A DNA stretch of 64,000 nt, from assembly GCA_963716725.1 (NCBI GenBank), contig CAVQUB010000009.1:128001-192000 (forward strand), read 5' to 3'. The notes under the pieces are model-generated. The model saw nothing but the letters and a program-made list of their open reading frames with translations. It was not told where the DNA came from and searched no databases. Positions 1-9,196 of this stretch are shown piece by piece (position 1 is the first letter of the stretch; every line of letters starts with the position of its first letter). The stretch comes from an uncultured delta proteobacterium (lineage in GTDB: Bacteria > Myxococcota_A > Polyangia > Polyangiales > Polyangiaceae). The position numbers were made by a program, and so were the translations under genes.

Positions 1-53
1 ACCGGCACGTACAGCATCGGCAGCATGTCGTAGGCCGGGGCGACGCTGAGCAC
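1..53 (-). pseudogene. C-terminal fragment of a HipA/YjjJ-like kinase toxin (continues beyond the left edge)
   Basis: The minus strand reads VLSVAPAYDMLPMLYVP, matching the HipA-family 'L(A/S)P(A/V)YD(M/L)' motif. An in-frame TAG directly precedes it, so the upstream kinase body is absent. Confidence 0.5.
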
Positions 54-110
54 CTATGTGCAGTTCCACGACCAGTGGGTCAGTCGGGCCTGGGGGGTCC
101 CCGGGGGGCA

Positions 111-195
111 CTTATGAATAGATACTAGAATGGATTATTTCGGTCACCAACCGCTAATTAATCATGTTTTCTGCTATCACTCGAATAGATACCGA
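111..195. promoter_or_regulatory. AT-rich patch with a 10-bp direct repeat GAATAGATAC (116-125 and 183-192)
   Basis: Locally AT-rich in a high-GC background, with an exact 10-bp repeat read from the sequence. Its function as an operator or promoter is inferred. Confidence 0.35.
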
Positions 196-207
196 CTGCG
201 TCCATCC

Positions 208-1716
208 TCAACTTCTCGAGTCCCCCGCCAGTAACTTTGCAAGCTCGGGCTTGATCACTTTGCCGACGGGGTTGCGCGGGAACTCGTCGAGCACCACCAC
301 GCGCTTCGGCACTTTGTACGACGCGATGCGCGCCTTCGCCCACGCGCGCAGCTGCTCACCCTCGATCTCCGCCGCCCGACCCGGGCGCGCGATCACCGCG
401 GCCACCGCGATCTCGCCCCAGGTCTCGTCGGGCAAGCCGACAACCGCGACATCGGCCACCGCGTCGTGCTCGCGCAAGACCTCTTCGATCTCGAGCGCCG
501 AGAGTTTGTAGCCGCCGCTCTTCAAGATATCGACGGAGGTGCGGCCCATGATCTTCAGGTAGCCGCCGTCGAGCCAGACAGCGGTGTCACCGCTCCGAAA
601 CCAGCCGTCGGAGAAGGCCTCGCGGGTCGCCTTCTCGTTGTCGTCGTAGCCCGCGAATACGCTCGGACCGCGGATCCAGATTTCGCCGGACTCGCCGCCG
701 CTCACGTCGCTGCCGTCCTCGTTCACGATGCGGATCTGCATGCCCGGCAGGGGCGGTCCGCAGCTCCCGGGCACGCGCTCGCCATCGAAGGGGTTGGTGG
801 CCCCGACGCCGATCTCGGTCATGCCGAAGCGCTCCAGCGGATAGCGCCCCGTCAGCTGACGAAAGCGCTCGCCCACACTGGAGGGCAGCGCCGCCGAGCC
901 GCTGGTCACCAGGCGCAGCGCCCCAGCGTGCCGCGCCCACCGCGCCTGGGTCGACGCGTCGGCCGCGTCGAAGGCGTCCAGGAGCTTCTTGTGCATGGTG
1001 GGGACGCCCATGAGCACGCTGGCGTGCTCCATCTCGTCCCACATGCGAGGGCCGGCGAACTTCTCGAGCATGCGTGTGGTGCTGCCCGCGAGCAGCGCCG
1101 TCAGAAGAGCGATCCCGAGCCCGTGCAGGTGGTGCAAAGGCAGGCAGTGAAGGAGCACGTCGTCGGCCGACCACTCCCAGGCGTTGCCCAGGAGCCGGGC
1201 GGTGGCCTCGATGTTGCCCTGGGAAATCAGCGCGCCCTTGGGCTTTCCGGTGGTGCCGCTGGTGTACAAGATCACCGCGACGTCGCCCGGGCGAGTATCC
1301 GCGGCGGTCGCCTCGACGCGACTCTCGCGCAGCTCTTCGAGCCGAAGCACCGGCAGGGCGCCCGAGTAGCCCCGAACGCGCTCCGCGGTGTCGGCGCTCA
1401 CGATGATGGCCGAGGCGCGGCTGACCTCGACGAACCAGGCTTGCTCGGCCTCCGGGTGCAGATGTGAGAGGGGCACCGCGATGGCGTCCGCAGCGATGAT
1501 GCCCAAGAAGGTCTCGACCCAGCCCGACCCCTGACTGACCAACAAGGCGACGCGCTTGCCACCCAGACCGCGCGTGCGGAGCTCCGCCGCAACGCGCTGC
1601 ACTCGCCGACCCAGCAGCGCGAAGCTGACCGCCTCGCGATCGTCGATGATCGCGAGGTGATCGGCGCGTGCTCGGGTGAGCTCAACGAAGCGCGAGAGGA
1701 GCAGGCTTTGGGACAC
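208..1716 (-). CDS. Acyl-CoA synthetase / AMP-binding enzyme (MatB/ACSF3-like)
   Basis: YTSGTTGKPKG P-loop, ERFGMTE, WFRSGD, GRTSVDILKSGGYKLSALEIE and PRNPVGKV. The GTG start at 1716 avoids overlap with the upstream gene. Confidence 0.9.
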   Translation of the reverse strand: MSQSLLLSRFVELTRARADHLAIIDDREAVSFALLGRRVQRVAAELRTRGLGGKRVALLVSQGSGWVETFLGIIAADAIAVPLSHLHPEAEQAWFVEVSRASAIIVSADTAERVRGYSGALPVLRLEELRESRVEATAADTRPGDVAVILYTSGTTGKPKGALISQGNIEATARLLGNAWEWSADDVLLHCLPLHHLHGLGIALLTALLAGSTTRMLEKFAGPRMWDEMEHASVLMGVPTMHKKLLDAFDAADASTQARWARHAGALRLVTSGSAALPSSVGERFRQLTGRYPLERFGMTEIGVGATNPFDGERVPGSCGPPLPGMQIRIVNEDGSDVSGGESGEIWIRGPSVFAGYDDNEKATREAFSDGWFRSGDTAVWLDGGYLKIMGRTSVDILKSGGYKLSALEIEEVLREHDAVADVAVVGLPDETWGEIAVAAVIARPGRAAEIEGEQLRAWAKARIASYKVPKRVVVLDEFPRNPVGKVIKPELAKLLAGDSRS

Positions 1717-1726
1717 GACCTTCGTC

Positions 1727-2989
1727 TCAGGGATGCTGCTCCGCGGGACCGAGCGACGCCGTCGGCGGCGGGTCACTGGCCATGCGGATTCGAGCCCAGC
1801 GTACCTTGATCTTCGAGCCGTTGTACGCGCTGAAGCGCATTTGCAGGGGCAGGCTGTAGTCGCTCGAGAAGGTCGTGCTGTCTTTCGCAGCGTGATCGTA
1901 GCGGTACGAGATCTTCTTCGGGACACGCTCCACCGAGTACAGGTGGGTTTGCCCCTGAGCCACCGGAACATTGCCACCTTTCACGGTCGCCGCGCCTGGG
2001 TTGGTCTCCACGTCGATGACCGACGGCGTCCGGCTGATCCAGAGCAACCACGGCGATTGGTTGGTGAAGTCGGTCTGGCGCTGGAAACCTCCGCAGAACC
2101 AAGAGTTCGAGTTCGCGAGCGGAGTGGTCACGGTCATCTCGAAATCCATCGCAAATCCGGGCGGCCATTGCTTGGCCTTGTGCCGGATGCTCGAGCCCGA
2201 CCCAGCGCCGTCGAGGACTACGTTCGTCCCGTCCAAGACCACGCCACCTTGCATTTCCCAGGCCGTGGGATCCCAGGCGTCGAACGAGGCGTGGTACTCG
2301 AACACTCCGCCCGCGAACGCCGGCGCCGCCGCGCTCGGGTTCTTCGCGTAGAGCCAGGTGCTGCTGTCGCCCGCGCCGCCCGCGAGGGCCACCGCCGAAC
2401 GGAACCAGATCCACTGCTTGCCGGCGACGCCTTCGATGACGCGCGGCAGCTCCGTCCACGCGCCGCCCGAGTAGCGCACCACTCGCCACCCGGCCCAGGG
2501 CGCCGCGGCTCCGTCGACGCTCGCCGCGCTGACAGGCAGCCCGATCTGAAAGCCTTGCGCCAGCGGGGCCGTGTTCTTCACGTCGATGGGGAAGCGAGTC
2601 TTGTGAGCGGTGTCCCACCAGGGCGGATTGAAGGTGGGCGCGCCACCGGAGCCGCCGACGCCACCGGAGCCACCGACGCCACCGGAGCCGCTGACGCCAC
2701 CGGAGCCGCCGACGCCACCGGAGCCGCCGACGCCACCGGACCCGCCAACGCCACCGGAGCCGGAGCCGCCGACGCCACCAGACCCACCGACGCCACCTGC
2801 TCCCGCCGCGCCGCCGCCCGAGGCGATGCCGCCGCTGCCTGCGACGCCACCGCCGCCACCCGCAGCCGCGTCCACCAGCCCCGTGCCGCCGGACCCGCCG
2901 CCGGGCGCGACCAACTCACCGCCGGACTCGAGGCCGCAGGCAGCGAACCAGAGCGTGAGGATGGGCAGCAGCGCGAGCGTCGAGCGCAT
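1727..2989 (-). CDS. Lipoprotein with Gly/Ser-rich tether and a DUF2341-like/beta-sandwich domain
   Basis: Lipobox FAAC, GGSGGV repeats, then a 'PWWD...RFPIDV...WIWF...WLY' pattern. Confidence 0.7.
   Translation of the reverse strand: MRSTLALLPILTLWFAACGLESGGELVAPGGGSGGTGLVDAAAGGGGGVAGSGGIASGGGAAGAGGVGGSGGVGGSGSGGVGGSGGVGGSGGVGGSGGVSGSGGVGGSGGVGGSGGAPTFNPPWWDTAHKTRFPIDVKNTAPLAQGFQIGLPVSAASVDGAAAPWAGWRVVRYSGGAWTELPRVIEGVAGKQWIWFRSAVALAGGAGDSSTWLYAKNPSAAAPAFAGGVFEYHASFDAWDPTAWEMQGGVVLDGTNVVLDGAGSGSSIRHKAKQWPPGFAMDFEMTVTTPLANSNSWFCGGFQRQTDFTNQSPWLLWISRTPSVIDVETNPGAATVKGGNVPVAQGQTHLYSVERVPKKISYRYDHAAKDSTTFSSDYSLPLQMRFSAYNGSKIKVRWARIRMASDPPPTASLGPAEQHP
2641..2797 (-). repeat. 18-bp coding tandem repeat (GGSGGV)n
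   Basis: About 8 copies of a unit like cgccaccggagccgccga. Confidence 0.85.
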
Positions 2990-3039
2990 TGCCGTCTAGC
3001 TTCGCATGAAGCGCCTGCGATGGCGACACGCCGGCTCGA

Positions 3040-3945
3040 TCACTTCCCCCCCGCCAACCGCCGCTCGTGCCACAGCAGCATGTCCAGCGTGCCGATCTCG
3101 CGCAGCCAGGGCTGGTTGTGCGGACCGGGCGGCACCGACAGCTCGTGGTCCACTCCGCGCTTGGCGAGCTCCTTGGCGAAGGCCTGGTTGGCTTTGCGAA
3201 ATGGATCTTCCGTAGAGGTGCCCACCCGAATGGATCGGGATCCAACTTCTTTGACGATGGCCGCGATCCCTTCGGCGTAACGCAGCGCCGTCGGCACGTT
3301 GAACGCCGCCTGCACGCCGCCGAAGGTCCCGAACAGCTTCGGCTTGCGCAGAAACACCTCCGCCGCCACGTAGCCACCGAGGGAACATCCATCGAGGCCC
3401 GTGTGCGCGGATCCCGTCAGACACGGCACCTTGTCGTGGACCGCGGGAAGGAGCGTCTTTTCGATGAAGTCGGCGTAGCGATCGAGGGTCTTGGGCGCGG
3501 GCCCGACCTTGTGCGGGTTCGGCGTCACCGGACACACGAGCACCAGGCCGCCGAACGCGCGCTTGTCGAGCGCAGCGTTCACTTTGTCCACGTGCGCGTC
3601 GGACAGCCACGGGTACTTCGGGTAGAGCTTCTTCACCGGCGGGCGGCGCAGACGTTCGTAGGCGCGCACGGCGCCGTAGCGCTCTCCCCAGGCGTGGATG
3701 CCCAGCAGCTCGTTGCCCGTCTCGCCGAGCCCGTGCAAGAGCACGAGCACGGGCAGCTTGGTGCCCGTGGGCACGTGGGTGGGCTGGAGCACCAGAGCCC
3801 GGCGCGCGATGCGCTTGTCTCCGTCGAGCATCAGATCGTGCTGCACGAAGTCCGACGACTCGGGGGTCGCGGCTCGCGCGGGCCGCGGCACGGCCAGCGT
3901 CCCCGCGGTCGCGCAGCAGAGTCCGAGAAAGGTGCGCCGTTCCAC
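3040..3945 (-). CDS. Tat-exported alpha/beta hydrolase (esterase)
   Basis: Twin-arginine signal ERRTFLG, LLHGLG, nucleophile elbow GCSLGG and C-terminal GPH. Confidence 0.8.
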   Translation of the reverse strand: MERRTFLGLCCATAGTLAVPRPARAATPESSDFVQHDLMLDGDKRIARRALVLQPTHVPTGTKLPVLVLLHGLGETGNELLGIHAWGERYGAVRAYERLRRPPVKKLYPKYPWLSDAHVDKVNAALDKRAFGGLVLVCPVTPNPHKVGPAPKTLDRYADFIEKTLLPAVHDKVPCLTGSAHTGLDGCSLGGYVAAEVFLRKPKLFGTFGGVQAAFNVPTALRYAEGIAAIVKEVGSRSIRVGTSTEDPFRKANQAFAKELAKRGVDHELSVPPGPHNQPWLREIGTLDMLLWHERRLAGGK

Positions 3946-4014
3946 ACTCTTCGTGTAGCACTGCCCTTCGACCTGCGCCGTGGTACGCTCGGAGCCTTCT
4001 TGGGAGGCAGAACC

Positions 4015-4773
4015 ATGCGTGTTTCTTACTTGATGGCATTGCTCACGACCTTGGGCGCCTGTGGCAGCAGCACGGAAAATACCCAGGCCACCGGCGGGTC
4101 CTCCGGCGGAGGCAGCGGTGGGACCTCCAGCGGAGGCACCAGCTCCGGCGGAGCCGCGGGCACGGCAGGATCGGGGGGCGCGGCCGCGGGCAGCGGGGGT
4201 GTGAGCGGCGGCGGCGGCACCAGCTCCGGCGGCGCGGGAGGCTCCGGCGGCACGACCGCCACCGGCGAGTGCCAGCCGTTTTGCGAGGCGGTCACCGGAG
4301 CGGCGTGCAGCGGCGGCCCCACCATGGCGGGCTGCCTGCTCACCTGCAAGACGCTCACGTCGTCAGCGAAGTGTGATCCGACGGCAAACACCTACTTTGG
4401 CTGCGTCAAGAAGAGCGGGGTCATGTGCAACGCCGCCGGCGATCCCTACGGGCCAGGCTGCGGCGTCGACTACCTGAAGGCCGTCGACTGCGCGACGACC
4501 GAGAATCCGAACCCAGCGATGGTCACGCCCTGCGCCGACTACTGCAAGAAGCTCACGGCGGCGAACTGCCAGAACAGCGGCACCGAAGCGGAGTGCAACT
4601 CCAACTGCAAGTGGCTCGGCGCCAAGGGCACGGGTTGCGACGACGAGTGGGGCACCTTCTTGACCTGCACCGAATCCGCAAAGTTCAGCTGCTTGCTCGG
4701 CTACGCAGTCGCGCAAGGCTGCGGCCCGCAGTTCACTGCGTACTCGAAGTGCATCGACGCCGCCGGTAAGTGA
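4015..4773 (+). CDS. Cys-rich lipoprotein with Gly/Ser linker
   Basis: Lipobox LGAC, Gly-rich tether and two similar CxxxC-rich halves. Confidence 0.75.
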   Translation: MRVSYLMALLTTLGACGSSTENTQATGGSSGGGSGGTSSGGTSSGGAAGTAGSGGAAAGSGGVSGGGGTSSGGAGGSGGTTATGECQPFCEAVTGAACSGGPTMAGCLLTCKTLTSSAKCDPTANTYFGCVKKSGVMCNAAGDPYGPGCGVDYLKAVDCATTENPNPAMVTPCADYCKKLTAANCQNSGTEAECNSNCKWLGAKGTGCDDEWGTFLTCTESAKFSCLLGYAVAQGCGPQFTAYSKCIDAAGK

Positions 4774-5873
4774 TCGGATCCGCGAAGCTCGGCGCGGCGC
4801 TCTTGGCCCTGATCGGGGTCGTTGGCGTCGCGTCTCCCGCGCTCGCACACCAGCTCGGTCGCAGCTACTGCACCGTGACCACTGTGCCGGGCGGGCTCGA
4901 CGTCGTGGTCGAGACCAGCTTCGAGCACCTGGCGCCGATCCTGGCGCCAGATCCGGTGCTCAGCGACGCGGACATCGTGCACGCGACCCCTGGTTTGCAC
5001 TCGGCGCTCGCCAAGGCCGTCACGGCTCAGAGCGCCGGGGCCCCGTGCAGCTCCGAAGCCGGATCGCCCGAGTTCGTGACCGCCGAAGGACAGCGCGCGG
5101 CGCGGGTCCTGCTGCGATTTTCATGCCCACCCGGGCCCATCACGTTGAAAAACGTGTGGCGCTTCGACGTGGATCCGAAGAGCGAAGTCGTCTGCGCCAT
5201 CGACGGATCAGCTTGGGTATTCCGCGTCGGCACCGAGGCTCGCGAGGTCGGCACTCCGCCCACGCTCGGGCAGGTCCTGGTCTCGTTCGTGAAGCTCGGC
5301 GTGCACCACGTGCTCTCGGGCATCGATCACGTGCTCTTCGTGGTGGCGCTGCTCTTGGCGGCGGCGCGTGCCAGCCGGGGCCAGACTCTGCTCCGGGGTC
5401 TGCGCGAGGTCGCGCTGGTGGTGACCGGGTTCACGCTTGGGCACTCGGTCACGCTGATCGCCGCGGGCTTGGGTTGGGTCGCGGTCGAGCCGCGCCTCAC
5501 CGAGAGCATCATCGCGCTGTCGATCGTGGCGGTGGCCGCCGAGAACGTGCTGCGACGCGAGATCCGTTGGCGCACTCTGACCGCCGGCGCCTTCGGCCTG
5601 ATCCACGGCTTCGGTTTTGCCAGCGTGCTCGCCGAGACCGAGCTGCCCCGGCGCGGCGCAGTGTGGGCCCTGCTGACCTTCAACCTGGGCATCGAGCTGG
5701 GACAGCTCGCCGTGGTCGCGTTGCTCTTCGTCCCGCTGGCGCTCTCAGCGCGGCGGGGCTGGTACGAACGCAGGCTGCTCGGGCCGGCGTCCATCGTAAT
5801 TGGGCTCTTGGCGGCGGTGTGGCTGGTGAAGCGCGCGTTCGGGCTCCAGTTCGCCGGCTGGCTCGGCGCCTAG
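4770..5873 (+). CDS. HupE/UreJ family membrane protein
   Basis: Signal peptide ending ALAH, GVHHVLSGIDHVLF, FTLGHSVTL, FGLIHGFGFA and FNLGIELGQ. The start overlaps the upstream stop (GTGA). Confidence 0.9.
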   Translation: MIGSAKLGAALLALIGVVGVASPALAHQLGRSYCTVTTVPGGLDVVVETSFEHLAPILAPDPVLSDADIVHATPGLHSALAKAVTAQSAGAPCSSEAGSPEFVTAEGQRAARVLLRFSCPPGPITLKNVWRFDVDPKSEVVCAIDGSAWVFRVGTEAREVGTPPTLGQVLVSFVKLGVHHVLSGIDHVLFVVALLLAAARASRGQTLLRGLREVALVVTGFTLGHSVTLIAAGLGWVAVEPRLTESIIALSIVAVAAENVLRREIRWRTLTAGAFGLIHGFGFASVLAETELPRRGAVWALLTFNLGIELGQLAVVALLFVPLALSARRGWYERRLLGPASIVIGLLAAVWLVKRAFGLQFAGWLGA

Positions 5874-5879
5874 GCCAAA

Positions 5880-6794
5880 TCAGATCCACCACGACGGCAT
5901 CGAAGCGCGCCCGCCGGCGGCCCGGGCCAGGAGCATCCTCCGCTCGCGCCAGAGCAACAGCGCACCGCCGGCCGCGATCACCAAGCCGACGACCACCGGC
6001 ACCGCGTCGAGCTCCCGCTCGACGAGCGCGTCGGTGTAACGCACCGTCAGCACGACCGTGGTGTTGTAGACGAAATGAGCGATCATCGAGGTGAGCAGCG
6101 TGCCGGTGCACAGCCGGCCCGCGGCGAACGCGCCGCCGAGCACGATGGTGCCCGCCATCTGGGTGGGCTCGAGGTGGAACAAGCCGAACAGCACCGACGG
6201 CGCGATCACTGCCCAGGCAAAGCTCCGCGCAAAGGGCAAGGTGATCAGGCCACGGAAGAGCGCTTCTTCGGCGATCGCCGGCATCACTCCCAGCGCGATC
6301 ACCAGCGCGACGACCCCAACCCCGGACGCATTCCTCGCCGCGTTCACCACGATCCACGAGGCGGTGGTTTCGTTCTGCGTCAGTCGGTGAACGAGCTCAC
6401 CCATGACCTCCGCCACCGGAGCGACGCCGAAGACCAGGAGCAGTGCACCCACCACGCCGAGCACCGTCGGCCGCCCGAGGGGCAGCGCCAGGCGCAGCGG
6501 CGGCTTCAGGATCCAGAGCCACGCGCCGAGCACGATCAGGACCGCGATCTCGTTGGCGAAGGTGCCGCCGGCTATCCACCCGGTGCTGTTGGTGAGCGGC
6601 GAGGTCTTGGCATCGCCGAGCACCGCCACCGGGTCCCCGCCCGCGGCCGCGACGACGCCAGCGGCGGCGGCCGCCACCAGGAGGCCCGAGGCGACGATGC
6701 CCACGGCCGCTGTCAGCCAGACCAGCAGCGCTTGCAGCGGAGACGGGATCCGCTCGGAATTGCTCAGCGTCTGCTCGTGGTTGGGGCTTCCCAC
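5880..6794 (-). CDS. CPBP (Abi/CAAX) intramembrane glutamic endopeptidase
   Basis: EEALFRG, FGLFH and HFVYN motifs, with multiple TM segments. Confidence 0.9.
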   Translation of the reverse strand: MGSPNHEQTLSNSERIPSPLQALLVWLTAAVGIVASGLLVAAAAAGVVAAAGGDPVAVLGDAKTSPLTNSTGWIAGGTFANEIAVLIVLGAWLWILKPPLRLALPLGRPTVLGVVGALLLVFGVAPVAEVMGELVHRLTQNETTASWIVVNAARNASGVGVVALVIALGVMPAIAEEALFRGLITLPFARSFAWAVIAPSVLFGLFHLEPTQMAGTIVLGGAFAAGRLCTGTLLTSMIAHFVYNTTVVLTVRYTDALVERELDAVPVVVGLVIAAGGALLLWRERRMLLARAAGGRASMPSWWI

Positions 6795-6903
6795 TCGGTC
6801 CCTGGAGCCTAGTGCAAATCGTCACCACGATGCAGCCCGGAGCGGTGACCGCCCCTTTCGTGCCGAATAGGTACCCGTCGTGTATCGTCCAACGCCAATC
6901 GAC

Positions 6904-7689
6904 ATGCGTCTCTCGAGTTCCTTGGTTCCGCTCCTCGCCTTGGGTCTGTCCGTCGCCTGCGGCAGCTCCAAATCTCGCTCTGGCAACATTTACGGTACCG
7001 AGGAGCAGTTCTGTCAGCAGTGGGCCAAGGCCGCCTGCAACGCCAAGGTCGTGAGCGCCTGCGCCGCCGCTACGGTCGAGAGCTGCGTCGAGAAGCAATC
7101 CGCCTATTGCCTCGGTTCGGTACCGCCCTACTACTCGTCGAAGCACGCCAAGGCCTGCATCGACAAGGTCAAGGCCGCCTATGCCGACGCCAAGCTCACG
7201 GCCGATGAAGTCGCCATCGTGCGTGACCTCGGGGCGCCCTGCGACAAGCTGAACTCCGGACCGAAGGATCTGGGAGCGGCGTGCGACGCCTCCGACGAGT
7301 GCGACTCGCTGAAGGAGCTGGTCTGCATCGCCAAGTCGGGCCAGAGCTCGGGGACCTGTCAGGTCCCGAAGGAGGTCGGCGGGGGCTTTTCGTGCACCGC
7401 GCCCGACGAGCTGTGCGCAAAGGGTTTCTACTGCGACGGAGCCAACTGCATCGCGAAGAAGGGCGATGGGGCGGCCTGCAGCGAGGAGCTGCCTTGCCTC
7501 GAGGACTTCTTGTGCGTGGGCGCCACCGGAGCGCAGACCTGCGTCGCCAAGGGCGGCACCGCGGCCAGTTGCAGCGAGAACTTCCAGTGCCTGAGCGGCA
7601 TTTGCGCGAAACCGGCCACCGGCTCGGGCAAGTGCGTCGATTCCGTGGTGCTCACGCCCACGGATCCGGTCTGCCAGAGCCTGGGCTGA
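6904..7689 (+). CDS. Cys-rich lipoprotein (Dickkopf-like Cys repeats)
   Basis: Lipobox SVAC and repeated 'G.AC....C...L.C' units. Confidence 0.75.
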   Translation: MRLSSSLVPLLALGLSVACGSSKSRSGNIYGTEEQFCQQWAKAACNAKVVSACAAATVESCVEKQSAYCLGSVPPYYSSKHAKACIDKVKAAYADAKLTADEVAIVRDLGAPCDKLNSGPKDLGAACDASDECDSLKELVCIAKSGQSSGTCQVPKEVGGGFSCTAPDELCAKGFYCDGANCIAKKGDGAACSEELPCLEDFLCVGATGAQTCVAKGGTAASCSENFQCLSGICAKPATGSGKCVDSVVLTPTDPVCQSLG

Positions 7690-7745
7690 AGGCGCGTCCG
7701 AATCACCTTGCCGCCAGCGCCGGAGCGTCGTTCAAATCCCCGGCG

Positions 7746-8507
7746 ATGAACCGACCGGCTCTTGCTCTCCTCGCGTTTGCGACGCTCGGCGTCTGGGCCT
7801 GCGACGATCCTCCGCCGAAGAAGAACCCCTTCGAGGCGCCCCCGAAGGACACCGTCGAACCGCCCAAGGATGCCGCGCCGCCGAAACCCAGCGGTCCGCC
7901 CGAGCTCGCCATCGACGATCTGGGGCCGAAGGTGGGGTTCTCGCGGGTCTTGATCGACAAGCCCGACGGACGCGAGCGCCTGAGGAACGAGCTGAGCCCG
8001 GTCAAGCAGCACTACGCCGGCAAAGAAGTAACGCTGTCGGTGGTGCGCAAGACCAAGCTGGCCTGGGTCCAGATCATGTTGAGCGAGCTCGGCAAAATCG
8101 GGGCCACCAAGGTCATCGTGAAGACCGAGACGCGCAAGGACTTTCCCGGCGAGCTCGCCTTCACCCCCGAGGCGACCGCGCCGGCGCCGGAGCCCTGCGC
8201 AGTGGTGGGCATGATCCTCGGGGACCGCAGCGCTGCCATCTGGAAGGTGTCCGGCGGCACCGCCATCAAGCGAGCCAAGGGCCTGGCAGGACCCGATCTG
8301 TCGACGACGGGGGAGACCATCGAGCGCTTCGCGAAGGGCTGCAAGGCGTCGAACATGTTCTTCGTGTCCGCGGACGAGACGGTGGAGTGGGGACTCGCCT
8401 ACGACCTCGCGGCGTCGACCCGTGGGCTCGAGGGCGTCAAATTCGACACGATGGTGTTGCTCGAGAAGACGCCGACCGCCGGGCGCAAAGTCGACCTGAC
8501 GAAGTGA
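7746..8507 (+). CDS. Lipoprotein with possible tandem ExbD/TolR-like periplasmic domains
   Basis: Lipobox VWAC, Pro-rich linker, and segments 'LSVVRKTKLAWVQIMLSELGKIGATKV' and 'FVSADETVEWGLAYDLA'. Confidence 0.55.
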   Translation: MNRPALALLAFATLGVWACDDPPPKKNPFEAPPKDTVEPPKDAAPPKPSGPPELAIDDLGPKVGFSRVLIDKPDGRERLRNELSPVKQHYAGKEVTLSVVRKTKLAWVQIMLSELGKIGATKVIVKTETRKDFPGELAFTPEATAPAPEPCAVVGMILGDRSAAIWKVSGGTAIKRAKGLAGPDLSTTGETIERFAKGCKASNMFFVSADETVEWGLAYDLAASTRGLEGVKFDTMVLLEKTPTAGRKVDLTK

Positions 8508-8514
8508 GCTGCAC

Positions 8515-9114
8515 ATGAATTTGAAGACGTTGCTCTTGGGTCACCACGACGACCACTCGATTCCCCGAATTGGATCGGCGCTCGACCGCATGGAAGCGGG
8601 GAGTCGCCTGTACACGACCCGCAGCGCGACCCGCGAAGACATGGTGACGCTGTGGGAGCTGATGAAGGGCCAAGAGCTCGAAGCCGACCACTTCGTGCCG
8701 TCGGGCACCGATCCGCTCGAAGAGGTCATCCACCACGGCAAGAACTCGCTGCCGGCGTTCACGCATTTCCAGAAGCGATTCTGCCGCTCCGGCGACGACA
8801 CCGGCGACGTCTACGGCTTCAACCGAGGCAGCACCGAGTGGCTGGTGGGGCCCGGCTATTTCGTGTCGCACGGCACCAGCGACGAGAAGGACCCGCCCAG
8901 CTCCTACGTGATCGACTACACGCGCATCCCGCCCAAGAAGGCGGAGGCTTGGCCCGAAATCCGCGGCAACGAAGGCGGCATCGGCGCCCTGGTCTATGGT
9001 CGGATGAAGGACTACATGCGCAAGGTCTCGAACCACGTTTCCATCGGGAAAGCGTACAAGGACGGCAAAGAGGTCGGCGCGTATTTCATGCTCTGCCGAC
9101 AAGACCCCCAGTAG
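8515..9114 (+). CDS. Hypothetical protein (199 aa)
   Basis: Clean ORF with host-like codon usage, in the same orientation as its neighbours. Confidence 0.7.
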   Translation: MNLKTLLLGHHDDHSIPRIGSALDRMEAGSRLYTTRSATREDMVTLWELMKGQELEADHFVPSGTDPLEEVIHHGKNSLPAFTHFQKRFCRSGDDTGDVYGFNRGSTEWLVGPGYFVSHGTSDEKDPPSSYVIDYTRIPPKKAEAWPEIRGNEGGIGALVYGRMKDYMRKVSNHVSIGKAYKDGKEVGAYFMLCRQDPQ

Positions 9115-9196
9115 CGGCTTCGATAAGCGGGCTCGCGCTGCGACGATCGGGCGCTAAACTCAGCCGGCACACGAGTTTAGGAGTATCGTCGAAGAT

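Noticed and set aside
1717..1977. N-terminal 87 aa of the 589-aa acyl-CoA synthetase ORF
   Set aside because: It overlaps the upstream lipoprotein gene in another frame and is Arg-rich junk. The real start is likely the GTG at 1716.
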